Below are positions 8,476 to 18,538 of a stretch of 64,000 nt of DNA, piece after piece. A model generated the notes under the pieces. That model did no database searches and was not told the origin of the DNA. It was given only the letters and a program-made list of their open reading frames with translations. Source of the DNA: Deltaproteobacteria bacterium (GTDB taxonomy: Bacteria > Myxococcota_A > Polyangia > Fen-1088); NCBI GenBank assembly GCA_033763315.1, contig JANRKS010000034.1, positions 160,001 to 224,000 of the forward strand. The letters run 5' to 3'. A program made the translations under genes and the position numbers. Within the stretch, counting starts at the first letter, position 1, and each line of letters opens with the position of its first letter.

Positions 8476-8545
8476 CCCACATTTATCCACAATGAACCGG
8501 GTGTCATTGAGGATTATCCACAGGTCATTGGCAGATTTATCCACA
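8473..8545 (+). promoter_or_regulatory. DnaA box cluster
   Basis: Perfect TTATCCACA at 8483-8491, 8514-8522 and 8537-8545; 2-mismatch TGACCCACA at 8473-8481; all same orientation. Confidence 0.85.
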
Positions 8546-8583
8546 GGCGCGCGGCCTGACAAAGCGCGTTTGCGCCACGCCTG

Positions 8584-10083
8584 TCAATCGGCGTAGCGCG
8601 AGCTGCTGGAAATGGCGCGGCCGAAGGTGCCATTGCCGAGGTAAGCGGGGCGCACGATCGCTCCGACAAGCTCGGGTGGCAAGGTGGGGATAGGGGGCAA
8701 ATCGCCCGCCCCACGGGCCCGCGGCGCCAGACGAGGCAGCGGCGTGTCGGGTGAGGAAGCCACCACGGGGACGGCGGCGACCGGCGCCTCAATGACCGGC
8801 AAAGCCTCCATCTCCAGCGCCTCGGCCGTGGCCACAACCTTCACGAGCCAGGTCAGGTCCGTGGCCAGATCGCGGTTGCTGATGCGGGGCGGCCTGCGCC
8901 GCTGCGGCTGCTTGCTAGGGATGAAGTGCCGCATCATGAGCAGCAGCTGACGCGTGTTCTCGGCGTCTCGACGCGATATGCGCAGCTGCTCAATGAACGG
9001 GCGCAAACCGTGCGAGACCATGTGCCCCACGTCGCGCATACCGCTTCCGGGTGCCAGGGCTTGGTAAAGCCAAGGCATCAACAGGGAAGCAATGACCACC
9101 GCATTTGAGGGCGAGCCTTCCGAGGTGGCCGTGGTCTTGTCGAGCGCCGCCAAGTAGGTCCAAAGGCGCTGCGGATCAACGGGGCCCGCTTCCGTAGCCG
9201 GCCCAGCGCTGTCCACCTTTGCGTCGCCTTCGCTGGCGCCCGCGTCGTCGCCGACGCTGTCGTAATCATCTGGCTCGTCCTCAGCCAAGGTTGCAGCTGC
9301 CCGCGAGCCTGGTTTTGTGGGAACGCTTTTGCCCCGACGCCATTCATCCAACGCCGGCATAAGCACCGGCAGGAGGTTCAGCTCAACCAGCAGTTCCGTT
9401 GAACGATGGGCGGCGCCGGCGCGCAAAAGACGGAAGAATTCTTCAGAAACGCGTGCCTGGGCACACTTGCTGATTTCCTGCGCATGCTCCACCATTCGGC
9501 GCAGCGTTTCCGGTTCAATGGAAAGCTCGCAGCGTGCCGCAAACTTTACCGCCCGCAAAATGCGGATGGGGTCCTCGCGGAACCGAATGTCAGGATCGCC
9601 GATGGTGCGCACGAGGCGCGCCTCAATATCGGCCATGCCATTGACGTAGTCAGTGACCTGGCCAGACTCGGGATCCAAAAACAAGCCGTTGATGGTGAAG
9701 TCGCGGCGCTGGGCGTCCTGCTCGGCCGTGCCAAAGACGTTGTCGCGTCGGATCAGCAGATCCTCGCTTACGCCCTCGGCAGCAATTTTGTCGTCGTCTT
9801 CGCCTTCGCGCGGCGGCGCCCGAAAGGTGGACGTCTCAAAGATCTTCGGGCCGAAGAAAATATGGGCAAGACGAAACCGTCGACCAATGATTCGACAATT
9901 GCGAAAGGTGCGGCGGAGCTCGGGCGGCGTTGCGCTGGTAGAAACATCGAAGTCCTTCGGTTTCTTTCCAAGCAGAAGGTCGCGGACGCAGCCACCTACG
10001 AGGTAGGCTTCGTGGCCGAAGCGCCGCAGCCGTTGGACGACCTTGACGGCGTCAGGGTCGATTTGGCTGAGATCAATAGTCAT
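8584..10083 (-). CDS. pcnB: Poly(A) polymerase I
   Basis: VGGCVRDLL..PKDFD, PAP signature IIGRRFRLAHIFF, RRDFTIN, EDPIRILRAVKF. Confidence 0.93.
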   Translation of the reverse strand: MTIDLSQIDPDAVKVVQRLRRFGHEAYLVGGCVRDLLLGKKPKDFDVSTSATPPELRRTFRNCRIIGRRFRLAHIFFGPKIFETSTFRAPPREGEDDDKIAAEGVSEDLLIRRDNVFGTAEQDAQRRDFTINGLFLDPESGQVTDYVNGMADIEARLVRTIGDPDIRFREDPIRILRAVKFAARCELSIEPETLRRMVEHAQEISKCAQARVSEEFFRLLRAGAAHRSTELLVELNLLPVLMPALDEWRRGKSVPTKPGSRAAATLAEDEPDDYDSVGDDAGASEGDAKVDSAGPATEAGPVDPQRLWTYLAALDKTTATSEGSPSNAVVIASLLMPWLYQALAPGSGMRDVGHMVSHGLRPFIEQLRISRRDAENTRQLLLMMRHFIPSKQPQRRRPPRISNRDLATDLTWLVKVVATAEALEMEALPVIEAPVAAVPVVASSPDTPLPRLAPRARGAGDLPPIPTLPPELVGAIVRPAYLGNGTFGRAISSSSRYAD

Positions 10084-10168
10084 TCAGAAAAGGCAGCTTT
10101 AAGTACGAGCGGTAACACGTTGATGGGCCCCCGGCAAGCGTTAGCCAGCGAATTGGGGGCAAACACCG

Positions 10169-10912
10169 TTAAAAGAATGTTGGTGGCAAGGGGGCATCGG
10201 GATCGGCGGGGCGCGACCGGCGCATTGGAGTGTTTGGTCCGCCAAGCGCTTTGGCCTTCGTAGACTTCATCGGAACGGCGGCCGGCGCGGCGGGAGCCGA
10301 AGGCGGAGCCCGTGGGGGCACCGGTGCCGCGATGGGCGGCGAAGCGGGCACCAGGGCGGCCGCGGGCGCGGCGACGACCGGCATGGGTGCCTTTGGGGGA
10401 GGCGTAGGGACTGCCTTGGGGCCGAAAAGCCACAGCAGCGAAGCCACCAGCAGGAAGCTGCCCAACGCGGCCACCGCCACGGTCACAGCCGGGCGAAGCC
10501 AAGGCGTGGTTGGCAGCAGCACGTCCGTTTGGGTCAACGGGACAATGTCCCCCTGGGTGTTTCGCCGACCCAGGAAGCGCGCCACGCCAGGCCGAGCGCT
10601 CTTGGCGGCGGTTTGCGGGGCTGGCGGCTTAACGGGCCGCGGCGGTGCTGGTGTGCGTTTGCGAGGCGATGCCGTCACCGCGGACTTGCGGGGATCGTTG
10701 AGTTGTGGGCTGCTTTGCGAGCCAGCAATGCGCGTCGCCTGCGGCACGCGTGGCTCTTGCGCCGGCGTGCCTGCAGGGGCGTCCGCCCCGGTGCGGCCGG
10801 GCAAGGACGGCAGATGCACGTCTCGCCCAAACACCGTTTTTGCCAAACGGGGCTTCTCGGCAGCCGGGGGACCGCCTGGCTCGCCGCCTTCGAATCCGAA
10901 CCGCGTCGTCAC
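10169..10912 (-). CDS. Pro/Ala-rich single-pass membrane hypothetical protein
   Basis: One TM segment, disordered flanks, TACAAT upstream of the start. Confidence 0.6.
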   Translation of the reverse strand: MTTRFGFEGGEPGGPPAAEKPRLAKTVFGRDVHLPSLPGRTGADAPAGTPAQEPRVPQATRIAGSQSSPQLNDPRKSAVTASPRKRTPAPPRPVKPPAPQTAAKSARPGVARFLGRRNTQGDIVPLTQTDVLLPTTPWLRPAVTVAVAALGSFLLVASLLWLFGPKAVPTPPPKAPMPVVAAPAAALVPASPPIAAPVPPRAPPSAPAAPAAVPMKSTKAKALGGPNTPMRRSRPADPDAPLPPTFF

Positions 10913-10939
10913 AGACCTGCTGAGATTGTACTCGGTTTT

Positions 10940-11794
10940 CTACTGCGGCGCCTTGGCGGGTGCCGACGGGCCCAAGAAGCGTTGGCGGAAGGCCGTGGGG
11001 GCGTGTCCGGTTTCCTGGCGAAAGACGCGCGAAAAATACAACTGATCGGCGAAGCCAACGAGGAAGGCGACCTCTTTGATCGTGAGCGGCGAGCGTTCCA
11101 ACAGGTGCTGCGCGTGTCTGATGCGCATTTCGGTCAAATAGCGCATTGGACTCACTCCCAATGAATTTTGGAAAAGCCGAACCAAATGGCTGGAAGACAC
11201 GCGCGCGTGGCGCGCCAAGCGCGCGAGATTGAGTTTGGGGTCGCTGCGCCGCTCGCCCATAAGCTCGATGGCCCGCCGCACTTGCGCGGGCAGCGGTTCA
11301 AGCGTGGAGCCGCCATCGACGGGCGCGGCGGCGCGCACCAAAAGCGTGAGCAGCTGCGCCTTCACAAGCACATCGCGAAACGCCTGATCGGGCCCATGAA
11401 ACAAGCGCGAAAGTTCGGAGAAAACGGCACGAAGGCTGTCAACGTCGGCCGCTTTGTGTTTGCAGACGCGCGGCCGCTCCGACCAAAACTTTGCGTCAGG
11501 CGCTTCGCTGGTTGAAAGTGAAATACATCCATAACGAAACGGCCCCTGCGTTTCTCGGCCGCGGTTTCCATAATGGGCATTGGCCAATGCCAGTTCGCCA
11601 GCGCTGACCGCGCATCGCTCGCCGTGCACATCCAGCTCCATCGCGCCCTCGGTGACGAGGTACAGCTCGACCAGCGGCTGCGCCGGCGTGAGCAGATCTT
11701 GCCGAAATCCGGGTTCAGCAAAAACCACGGGTGCCAAAGGGGCCACATTGACCCACGCCACCAACCGTTCGACGAGGATGCGAAAATCATCCAT
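10940..11794 (-). CDS. AraC family transcriptional regulator (cupin + HTH)
   Basis: SSSHLVRLF..LGVSPMRYL...IKEVAFLVGFADQLYFSRVFRQETG; ATG 11794 avoids overlap with the divergent gene. Confidence 0.92.
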   Translation of the reverse strand: MDDFRILVERLVAWVNVAPLAPVVFAEPGFRQDLLTPAQPLVELYLVTEGAMELDVHGERCAVSAGELALANAHYGNRGRETQGPFRYGCISLSTSEAPDAKFWSERPRVCKHKAADVDSLRAVFSELSRLFHGPDQAFRDVLVKAQLLTLLVRAAAPVDGGSTLEPLPAQVRRAIELMGERRSDPKLNLARLARHARVSSSHLVRLFQNSLGVSPMRYLTEMRIRHAQHLLERSPLTIKEVAFLVGFADQLYFSRVFRQETGHAPTAFRQRFLGPSAPAKAPQ

Positions 11795-11873
11795 ACCAGC
11801 ACCGCGATAGTCCATGGCCGTTGCGTTGTCAACGCAACCGCTGCCCCCAAGACTCATTGAACCGGCAAGGCCC

Positions 11874-12845
11874 ATGTTCGTGACCAAACGCAAATTTACC
11901 GACTGGGCTCTCTTGCTTGCGTGCAATCTGATTTGGGCAAGCCAATTTGTGCTCGTGAAGCTGGTCCAAGATCAAGTGGGGCCTGTGTTCGCGACGGCGG
12001 CGCCCATGCTGGTGGCCACTTTGGTGTTGATGCCGATGGCCTTGCCTGGGCTCATCAAACGCTGGGTTACCGGCGGTCGCCCCCAGCCTCCAAGCCTGGC
12101 AGACGTGTTGGGCTTCGTGGCTTTGGGCGTGCTAGGGCAAGTGGCGGCGCAGTTGTTCGTGACCTGGGGCGTTCGCATCTCATTGGCCTCGAACGCCGCT
12201 TTGCTGATGTTCACGCTGCCTGTGGTGACCGCATTGATGGCTTTCGTGGTGCTGCGCGAACGCATGACGACCACTCGCTGGGTGGGATTCGCGCTGGCCA
12301 TGCTTGGCACATTGGCGTGTTCAGCTCGTGATTTTCGCGGCTTCGATTTGGGCGGCAGCTATTTATGGGGCAACGGGCTCATTTTCCTCGCGGTCGTTGG
12401 CAGCGCCTTTTACAACGTCTACAGCAAGAAGTTGCTGCAGACATATTCGGCGCTGCAGGTTCTGTTTTTAAGCTACGTCGCCGTGTGTGTGGTGCTGGTG
12501 CCGTTGACGTTGTGGCTCGAACCACAAGCGCTGTCGCAGTTGCGGCTCTTTTCGGGGCAAACCTGGCTCGGCCTCGCGCTGCTGGCGTTGCTGCAATACG
12601 CGTTGTCGATGGTCATCTTCTTGAGCGTGTTGTCGCGGCTCGATGCCACGCAAGCCGCGCTTTCGAATTACATGATTCCCGCGTTCGGGTTGGTGTTGGC
12701 CTGGCTGGTGCTGCACGAAAAGCTCACGTTCGCGGGCGTGGCTGGCGGCGCTTTGGTTTTGGCCAGCACGTGGATGGTCACCGTTGTTGAGAACAGGCAG
12801 GCGGCCGCCCAAGCCGCGGCGTCAGCCTCGTCTGTAAACGCATGA
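11874..12845 (+). CDS. DMT (EamA) family transporter
   Basis: Ten TM helices in two EamA repeats (LRERM, LHEKL). Confidence 0.9.
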   Translation: MFVTKRKFTDWALLLACNLIWASQFVLVKLVQDQVGPVFATAAPMLVATLVLMPMALPGLIKRWVTGGRPQPPSLADVLGFVALGVLGQVAAQLFVTWGVRISLASNAALLMFTLPVVTALMAFVVLRERMTTTRWVGFALAMLGTLACSARDFRGFDLGGSYLWGNGLIFLAVVGSAFYNVYSKKLLQTYSALQVLFLSYVAVCVVLVPLTLWLEPQALSQLRLFSGQTWLGLALLALLQYALSMVIFLSVLSRLDATQAALSNYMIPAFGLVLAWLVLHEKLTFAGVAGGALVLASTWMVTVVENRQAAAQAAASASSVNA

Positions 12846-13660
12846 AGGAAAACATGAGCCAGCGATTCTTAGGAAAGCATGTTGTGGTCACCGGTGCCGG
12901 CCGAGGGCTTGGTTTTGAAACCGCCCGCCACTTCTTGCGCGAGGGCGCCAACGTACATTTGCTTGAACTCGAGGAGTCCCTGTTGCAGGCGGCGGTCAAG
13001 CAACTTCATGACGCTTTCCCGAACGCGAGGGTTGGCGGCACCCAGCTCAACGTTGCCGATAAAGCGGCTGTCGTTGCCGCCATCGCCAAAGTCGACGCTC
13101 AGCAAGCGGTCGATGTGCTGATCAACAACGCGGGCATCGCTGCCGAAACGCCTTTCCTTGAGATCGCAGAGACGGAGTGGCGTTCGATCATCGACGTGAA
13201 CCTTACGGGTTTGTTTTTTGTGGCGCAGGCCGTGTGCACACACATGGCGTCCCGCAAGCGGGGCGTGGTGGTAAATATGGCCAGCAAAAATGGTTTGGCG
13301 GGCGAAGTGGGATACGCCCATTACAACAGCAGCAAAGCTGGCGTCATCATGTTGACGAAAACCATGGCGCTTGAGCTGGCCCCGTTAGGCATTCGCGTGA
13401 ACGCCGTATGCCCAGGTTACATTCAAACGCCCATGTCGGAGGCGATCGATAGCCCCGAATTCGTGCGTGATTTTGTGGACCGTTACATTCCACTTGGACG
13501 CCCAGGTCGCGTGGAAGACGTCTCAGGGTTGTTCTTGTTTTTGGCCAGCGATGACTCTCGCTTTATGACGGGAGAATGTTTGTTGGCCGACGGCGGTCAA
13601 CTGGCGGGACAAAAGCCTGCGGCGGCCTTGGCAGACCGCATGGTGGCGTCATCTCGTTAG
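12842..13660 (+). CDS. SDR family oxidoreductase (FabG-like)
   Basis: TGAGRGLG, NNAG, YNSSK, VNAVCPG; ATGA overlap with the DMT gene. Confidence 0.93.
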   Translation: MKENMSQRFLGKHVVVTGAGRGLGFETARHFLREGANVHLLELEESLLQAAVKQLHDAFPNARVGGTQLNVADKAAVVAAIAKVDAQQAVDVLINNAGIAAETPFLEIAETEWRSIIDVNLTGLFFVAQAVCTHMASRKRGVVVNMASKNGLAGEVGYAHYNSSKAGVIMLTKTMALELAPLGIRVNAVCPGYIQTPMSEAIDSPEFVRDFVDRYIPLGRPGRVEDVSGLFLFLASDDSRFMTGECLLADGGQLAGQKPAAALADRMVASSR

Positions 13661-13734
13661 CCAGTCTTTTTGCTTGCGCACAAACGAACGGGCCCGTGCG
13701 GGCCCGATTGTCACAAGTCGCGACGCTGAGCCGC

Positions 13735-15072
13735 TTAGAGTGCGCTTACAACTTCGCGCGTGACTTCAAGGGTTTTGGCGATGTCCCCCTGGGTGTGGGC
13801 GGCGCTCACCGAACCTTGTTTGCACGCCACAGGGAAATGGTAAATGCCTCGCTCGATCAGCGCACGCCGGTACTTGACGTCGAAGGCGGCCTCGTTGTGC
13901 GTTTGCAGATCGTGCAAATCCACGGGCACATGGTCCATGAAGTAAACGCAGAACGCTGAGCCCAGGCGGCTGATCGTAAAGGGCACACCCTTGGCTGCAA
14001 AAATGCCGCGTAAGCCTTCGGTCAACCCACCCGTGGTGGCGTCCAACTGGCGGTAAACGGCACCGTCGTTCGCACGCAAGATGTTGAGGGTGGCCAAGGC
14101 GGCCGCGACCGTAAGCGGATGCGCGTTGTACGTCCCGGCGATCAGCACCCGCTTGGCCGCATCGGGATGATCAAACAGATCCATGATGTCTTGGCGTCCA
14201 CCGATGGCACCCATGGGATAACCATTGGCCAGCGCCTTACCAAAAACGGAAAGGTCGGGTTTGATCCCGCACACGGATTGATACCCACCCAAAGCGGCGC
14301 GAAATCCGGTTTTGACTTCGTCGAAGATCAACACGGATCCATTGCGCGTGCAAAGATCGCGCACCGCTTGCAAGTAGCCAGGCAACGGCGGCATGACGCC
14401 CACGTTTTGCAACACGGGCTCCGTAAGCACGCACGCGATTGGGTACCGCTTCATTACATATTCGATGGAGGCGGCGTCGTTGTAGTTCACGATGTGAACC
14501 CGCCGCGCCACGCCCTCGGGTACGCCCGCCGACGACGCAAGAAATGGATACTCTCCGGGGCTGACGCGGGGACCAACGGCCGCCAAGCTGGGCGCCACGG
14601 CACGCGCCACGTCGTTGTGCCAACCATTGTAGCCACCCAACGTTAAGACGATGTCTTCGCGGCCTGTGAAGGCGCGAGACAACCGGATCGCATGGGCCGT
14701 GGCCTCGCTGCCGGTGTTTGTGATTTGCACGCGGTCGAGGCTCGCCACGCAGGCGCGCAGCGTTTCTGCCAGTGCAATTTCCCAGGGCGTGGTGCCGCTG
14801 CCCATCAATGACCAGCCCGAACTCATCGCTTCGGTGACGGCCTGATTCACCTGCGGGTGGTTGTGGCCCAAAATGTAGGGCGCAAAGGCCGCGTGGTAGT
14901 CGATGAATTCACGGCCATCGGCGTCCCACAGCCGGCTGCCCTGCGCCTTTACGAAGGCCAAAGCGGGTTCGGTTTTGCGGTTCAACGACACCACGCCACC
15001 GGCAATCGATGCGGCGGCGCGTTTATTGAGACTCGCGTTGCTTTCTGCGGGAACGTTGAGAAGGGAAGTCAC
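13735..15072 (-). CDS. Class III aminotransferase (GSA aminomutase-like)
   Basis: TNTGSEAT, FDEVKTGFR, FGKALANG (PLP Lys), AGTYNAHP; start uncertain (15072-15105). Confidence 0.88.
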   Translation of the reverse strand: MTSLLNVPAESNASLNKRAAASIAGGVVSLNRKTEPALAFVKAQGSRLWDADGREFIDYHAAFAPYILGHNHPQVNQAVTEAMSSGWSLMGSGTTPWEIALAETLRACVASLDRVQITNTGSEATAHAIRLSRAFTGREDIVLTLGGYNGWHNDVARAVAPSLAAVGPRVSPGEYPFLASSAGVPEGVARRVHIVNYNDAASIEYVMKRYPIACVLTEPVLQNVGVMPPLPGYLQAVRDLCTRNGSVLIFDEVKTGFRAALGGYQSVCGIKPDLSVFGKALANGYPMGAIGGRQDIMDLFDHPDAAKRVLIAGTYNAHPLTVAAALATLNILRANDGAVYRQLDATTGGLTEGLRGIFAAKGVPFTISRLGSAFCVYFMDHVPVDLHDLQTHNEAAFDVKYRRALIERGIYHFPVACKQGSVSAAHTQGDIAKTLEVTREVVSAL

Positions 15073-15180
15073 CTGCACATCATGCCCGCTGGCTGGGCGC
15101 CGCAAAGCCTGCGGACCATGGACGAAATCCCCATTCCTATGGAAGAAACGGCGGCCCCGGATGCCGCGCTTGGCGCCGTA

Positions 15181-15663
15181 TCAGATCTGGACGTGGATCG
15201 GGATGCCGCGGTCCACGGACTCCTCACAGGCGTCGTTCATGAGCCGCCAGATGTGCTTTAGCTGAGCCGCAATGATGGAATCGTCGGCGAGGTCTTCGTC
15301 CTCCTCGTCCTCGTCTTCCTCTTCTTCTTCGTCCTCGTCGTCATCCTCTTCGACGTCGAGTTCGTCGCGCAGCTCTTCGAGTGCCGCGGCCAAAGCCTGC
15401 GATGAAGCAACTCGATAATCGCCCACGGTAACGCTGCCTTCAAAGTCCACGGGAACAAAAATTTCGGCCGCCACGTCGTGCGCTTCCAACCGGTCCAGGA
15501 ACTCGGTCATGGCGTCCTCGCTGAGGCGCGCCGCGATCGTGCGGGAGGGGTGATCGGATTCAACGTCATATTTGGCGCCAGCTTGGGTCAAGCTACGCGT
15601 AAGGGTTTTGAGTTCGTCCTCATCGAACCTATCGGACAGCGGTGCAAGCTCGATCTCAGCCAT
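15181..15663 (-). CDS. Highly acidic hypothetical protein
   Basis: Long D/E tract (EEDDDEDEEEEEDEDEEDED), GC3-biased codons. Confidence 0.8.
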   Translation of the reverse strand: MAEIELAPLSDRFDEDELKTLTRSLTQAGAKYDVESDHPSRTIAARLSEDAMTEFLDRLEAHDVAAEIFVPVDFEGSVTVGDYRVASSQALAAALEELRDELDVEEDDDEDEEEEEDEDEEDEDLADDSIIAAQLKHIWRLMNDACEESVDRGIPIHVQI

Positions 15664-15812
15664 GCCCCATACGGTGCCTAAGAAGGCGTCAGTCGTCAAA
15701 CGGTCCCGCAGCGAAAAATGCGGAAGTTGATCAGGGCGTGGAGGGGCTGCCCTGGGTGAGACGTCGACAAAAGGCGCCGAACGGATTATTGATTGCTCTC
15801 CCTTAGCCCTAT

Positions 15813-18512
15813 ATGGCCTTTACAGGTTCATCCTCGTCGCCGTCCGAATGGATTGCAGCACGCGTCAAACAGGCGCGCAATGCAGCGGAGGAGAACCAAC
15901 GCGCGGGCAAAGATGGGGTGGCCTTATCGACCGAGCTGACCGCCGCCCTAGATGAGGTGGTGATCACCGTGGCAAACCAGCACCTGCGGCACTCAGGCAT
16001 CACCTCTGGTGTCGCCGTAATGGCCACGGGAGGCTATGGGCGAGGAGAATGGGCCCCTTATTCCGACCTGGATTTGGTGTTTTTGTGTGCCGAAAGCCCC
16101 GACGCCAATGTTGCGACGTTTGCCAGCGCGGTTCTGCACGACCTGTGGGATGCCCGCTTGGACGCTGGGCATGCCACCCGTTCGATCGCCGACACGCATG
16201 AATTGGCCGAATCGGACCTAACTGTGGCCACGGCTATGCTGGACGCCCGCTTTTTGACGGGCGACCAGGGGTTGGCGAAGGACTTCATCGCGGGCTTCGT
16301 GGCGCGCGCGGGGGCGCAAGGCCAGGGAAACCTCGTGGAACGGCTGCGCCAGGAACAAACCAGCCGCCATTCGAAATTCGGCGACACCATTTTTCTATTG
16401 GAGCCTGACCTTAAAAGCGGGCCCGGCGGCATTCGCGACCTGTGCATTGGGCGGTGGGCGGCTCATGCGCGGTTTGGCACCGCCGACTTTCGGCAGCTGC
16501 ACGACCTCGGCGAGTTGACCTTGCGCCAATGTCAGGCGCTGCAAAGCGCCCGTGAGTGGTTTTTGAATGTGCGCATCGCTGTGCAGTTGGCAGCGCGCCG
16601 CAAGCAAGACCAGCTGCGCTTCGACATTCAAGAGCGCGTGGCGCCGATCTGGTTCAAAGGGCCCAAAACCCCGTCGGGCGCCCCCGCGGTGAAGCCAGGC
16701 GTTTCGGCTGCGGTGGAGGGCTTGATGCGCCAATACCAGTTGCACGCGCGTGCGGTGTCGCGTGAGACCGAACGCCTGATGCAGCGGGCGGCATTGGATC
16801 CAAACCACGAGCCCACGATCATCCCTGTGTCGTTGCGGTCGATGAAGGGCCGCGTCGATCCAAACTTCGTCATCCGCGACGGTCGCATCGAAGTGATGGA
16901 TCCCAAAGCCTTCGTGGAACGCCCCTCCGAGATGATCAGGGTGTTTTCCGTGGGCATCGAGCTGGGGCTGGACGTGGGCTTGCGTACCACGGACCTCATC
17001 TCCGAGTTGTGTGCCGAACGGCCCTTGGCGGTGCAAACCGATCCCAATTCGGGTGCGGCGTTTCTTGAAATTCTGACTGACACGCGCGACAAGAAGAACC
17101 CTTCGCGGCTTGAGCAGATGCAGGATCTTGGCTTACTGACGGCCTTGATGCCCGAGTGGGCACCGGTTACGGGCCGTGTTCAACACGACACCTACCATGT
17201 GTACACGGTCGATCGACATTCGCTGTACGCCGTGGCCTTGTTGAAGACGTTGGCGCGGCGGGAAATGATCGACGAATACCCGCGCGCCACACAGGAGATG
17301 GCGTTCATCGAGCGGCACATCCCGCTTTATGTGGCGACGTTACTGCATGACATCGCGAAGCCGGTGGGCAACAACCACAGTTTGCGTGGCGTGCCTATCG
17401 CGTCCGCCATCGCCCGCCGTTTGGGCCTCTCAGACGACGACGTTGCGCTCGTGGAGTTGTTGGTGCGTGAGCATTTGACGCTTGGGCACGTGTCGCAGCG
17501 CCGCGATCTAAGCGACCCTTCAACGATCGAGAAAACGGCCGAGTTGGCCGGCGACGAAGAGACGCTACGCCAGTTGTTCTTGTTGACGTTTGTGGATCTT
17601 TATTGCGTGGGTCCGGGCAACCTCACCAGTTGGAAAGACGAACTGCTGCGGGAGTTGTTTGAGCGTTCGTTCTCATTCATGCGCCACGGCGCGGGTGTGT
17701 GGTCGGAGCAAATGCAAGAGCGCGTGCGCGACCGCAAAAGCAAAGCCAAATCTAAGCTATCTGAGCACATGCCCGAGCAAGAGGTGGATTCGTTGTTTGC
17801 GGGTTTGCCCGAGCGTTACTTCATCGAAAACTCGGTTTTTCGCATCACGCAGCAACCGCGTTTGCTGCGCGCCCGCAAGGGGGCTTGCGCCGTTGATTTC
17901 GTTCACCACCCCCGCCGGCAGTATTCCGAAATGGTGTTGGTGGCCGACGACGTCCCGGGTTTGTTGGCAACCGTGACGGGCGTGTTGTTCGCCAACCGCA
18001 TCGATATTTTGGACGCCGCGATTTACAGCCGCGAGGCTGTGAACGAGGGCGAAGTCGCGGAAGCTTTGGACGTGTTTCGCATTCGGCGCGCGTTTCATGG
18101 CGCCGTGACGGACGACGCGCGGCTTGAATCGATCCGGCGTGATTTGCTGGCGACCCTTGAAGGGCGCCGCAGCGTGAAAGAGTTGGTGGCGTCGCGGCCC
18201 GCCACGTCTTCCATTCTTGAAGGCCCGCGGCCCAAAGTGCCGCCCACCGAGGTCAAGGTTCACAACAACATCACTCCGAATCACACGGTGATCGATGTGT
18301 TCACCGAAGATCGACCCGGTGTGCTCTACACAATCGCCGACATTCTCTACACGCAGCGGCTCGACATCCAGCGCTCTAAGGTGGGTGTTGAAGCCGATCG
18401 CGTCGCGGATATCTTCTATGTTCGTGACAGCGCCACGCGCGGGCAATTGACCGATCCGGTGCGAATCGCGCAGCTCATCGACACCTTGAAGGCCGCGCTG
18501 CACCGGCCCTGA
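15813..18512 (+). CDS. glnD: [Protein-PII] uridylyltransferase
   Basis: GGYGRGE.APYSDLD, LEPDLKSGPGGIRD, HVYTVDRH, LLHDIAK, two ACT domains. Confidence 0.95.
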   Translation: MAFTGSSSSPSEWIAARVKQARNAAEENQRAGKDGVALSTELTAALDEVVITVANQHLRHSGITSGVAVMATGGYGRGEWAPYSDLDLVFLCAESPDANVATFASAVLHDLWDARLDAGHATRSIADTHELAESDLTVATAMLDARFLTGDQGLAKDFIAGFVARAGAQGQGNLVERLRQEQTSRHSKFGDTIFLLEPDLKSGPGGIRDLCIGRWAAHARFGTADFRQLHDLGELTLRQCQALQSAREWFLNVRIAVQLAARRKQDQLRFDIQERVAPIWFKGPKTPSGAPAVKPGVSAAVEGLMRQYQLHARAVSRETERLMQRAALDPNHEPTIIPVSLRSMKGRVDPNFVIRDGRIEVMDPKAFVERPSEMIRVFSVGIELGLDVGLRTTDLISELCAERPLAVQTDPNSGAAFLEILTDTRDKKNPSRLEQMQDLGLLTALMPEWAPVTGRVQHDTYHVYTVDRHSLYAVALLKTLARREMIDEYPRATQEMAFIERHIPLYVATLLHDIAKPVGNNHSLRGVPIASAIARRLGLSDDDVALVELLVREHLTLGHVSQRRDLSDPSTIEKTAELAGDEETLRQLFLLTFVDLYCVGPGNLTSWKDELLRELFERSFSFMRHGAGVWSEQMQERVRDRKSKAKSKLSEHMPEQEVDSLFAGLPERYFIENSVFRITQQPRLLRARKGACAVDFVHHPRRQYSEMVLVADDVPGLLATVTGVLFANRIDILDAAIYSREAVNEGEVAEALDVFRIRRAFHGAVTDDARLESIRRDLLATLEGRRSVKELVASRPATSSILEGPRPKVPPTEVKVHNNITPNHTVIDVFTEDRPGVLYTIADILYTQRLDIQRSKVGVEADRVADIFYVRDSATRGQLTDPVRIAQLIDTLKAALHRP

Positions 18513-18538
18513 GCCACCCCTGGTGGTATGCTGCGGCG

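Noticed and set aside
8476-8583. oriC or DARS call
   Set aside because: Only 108 bp, no AT-rich unwinding element or dnaA nearby, and boxes all co-oriented; kept as a DnaA box cluster
13735-15072. Naming the aminotransferase hemL
   Set aside because: Divergent motifs and non-heme context; family-level call only
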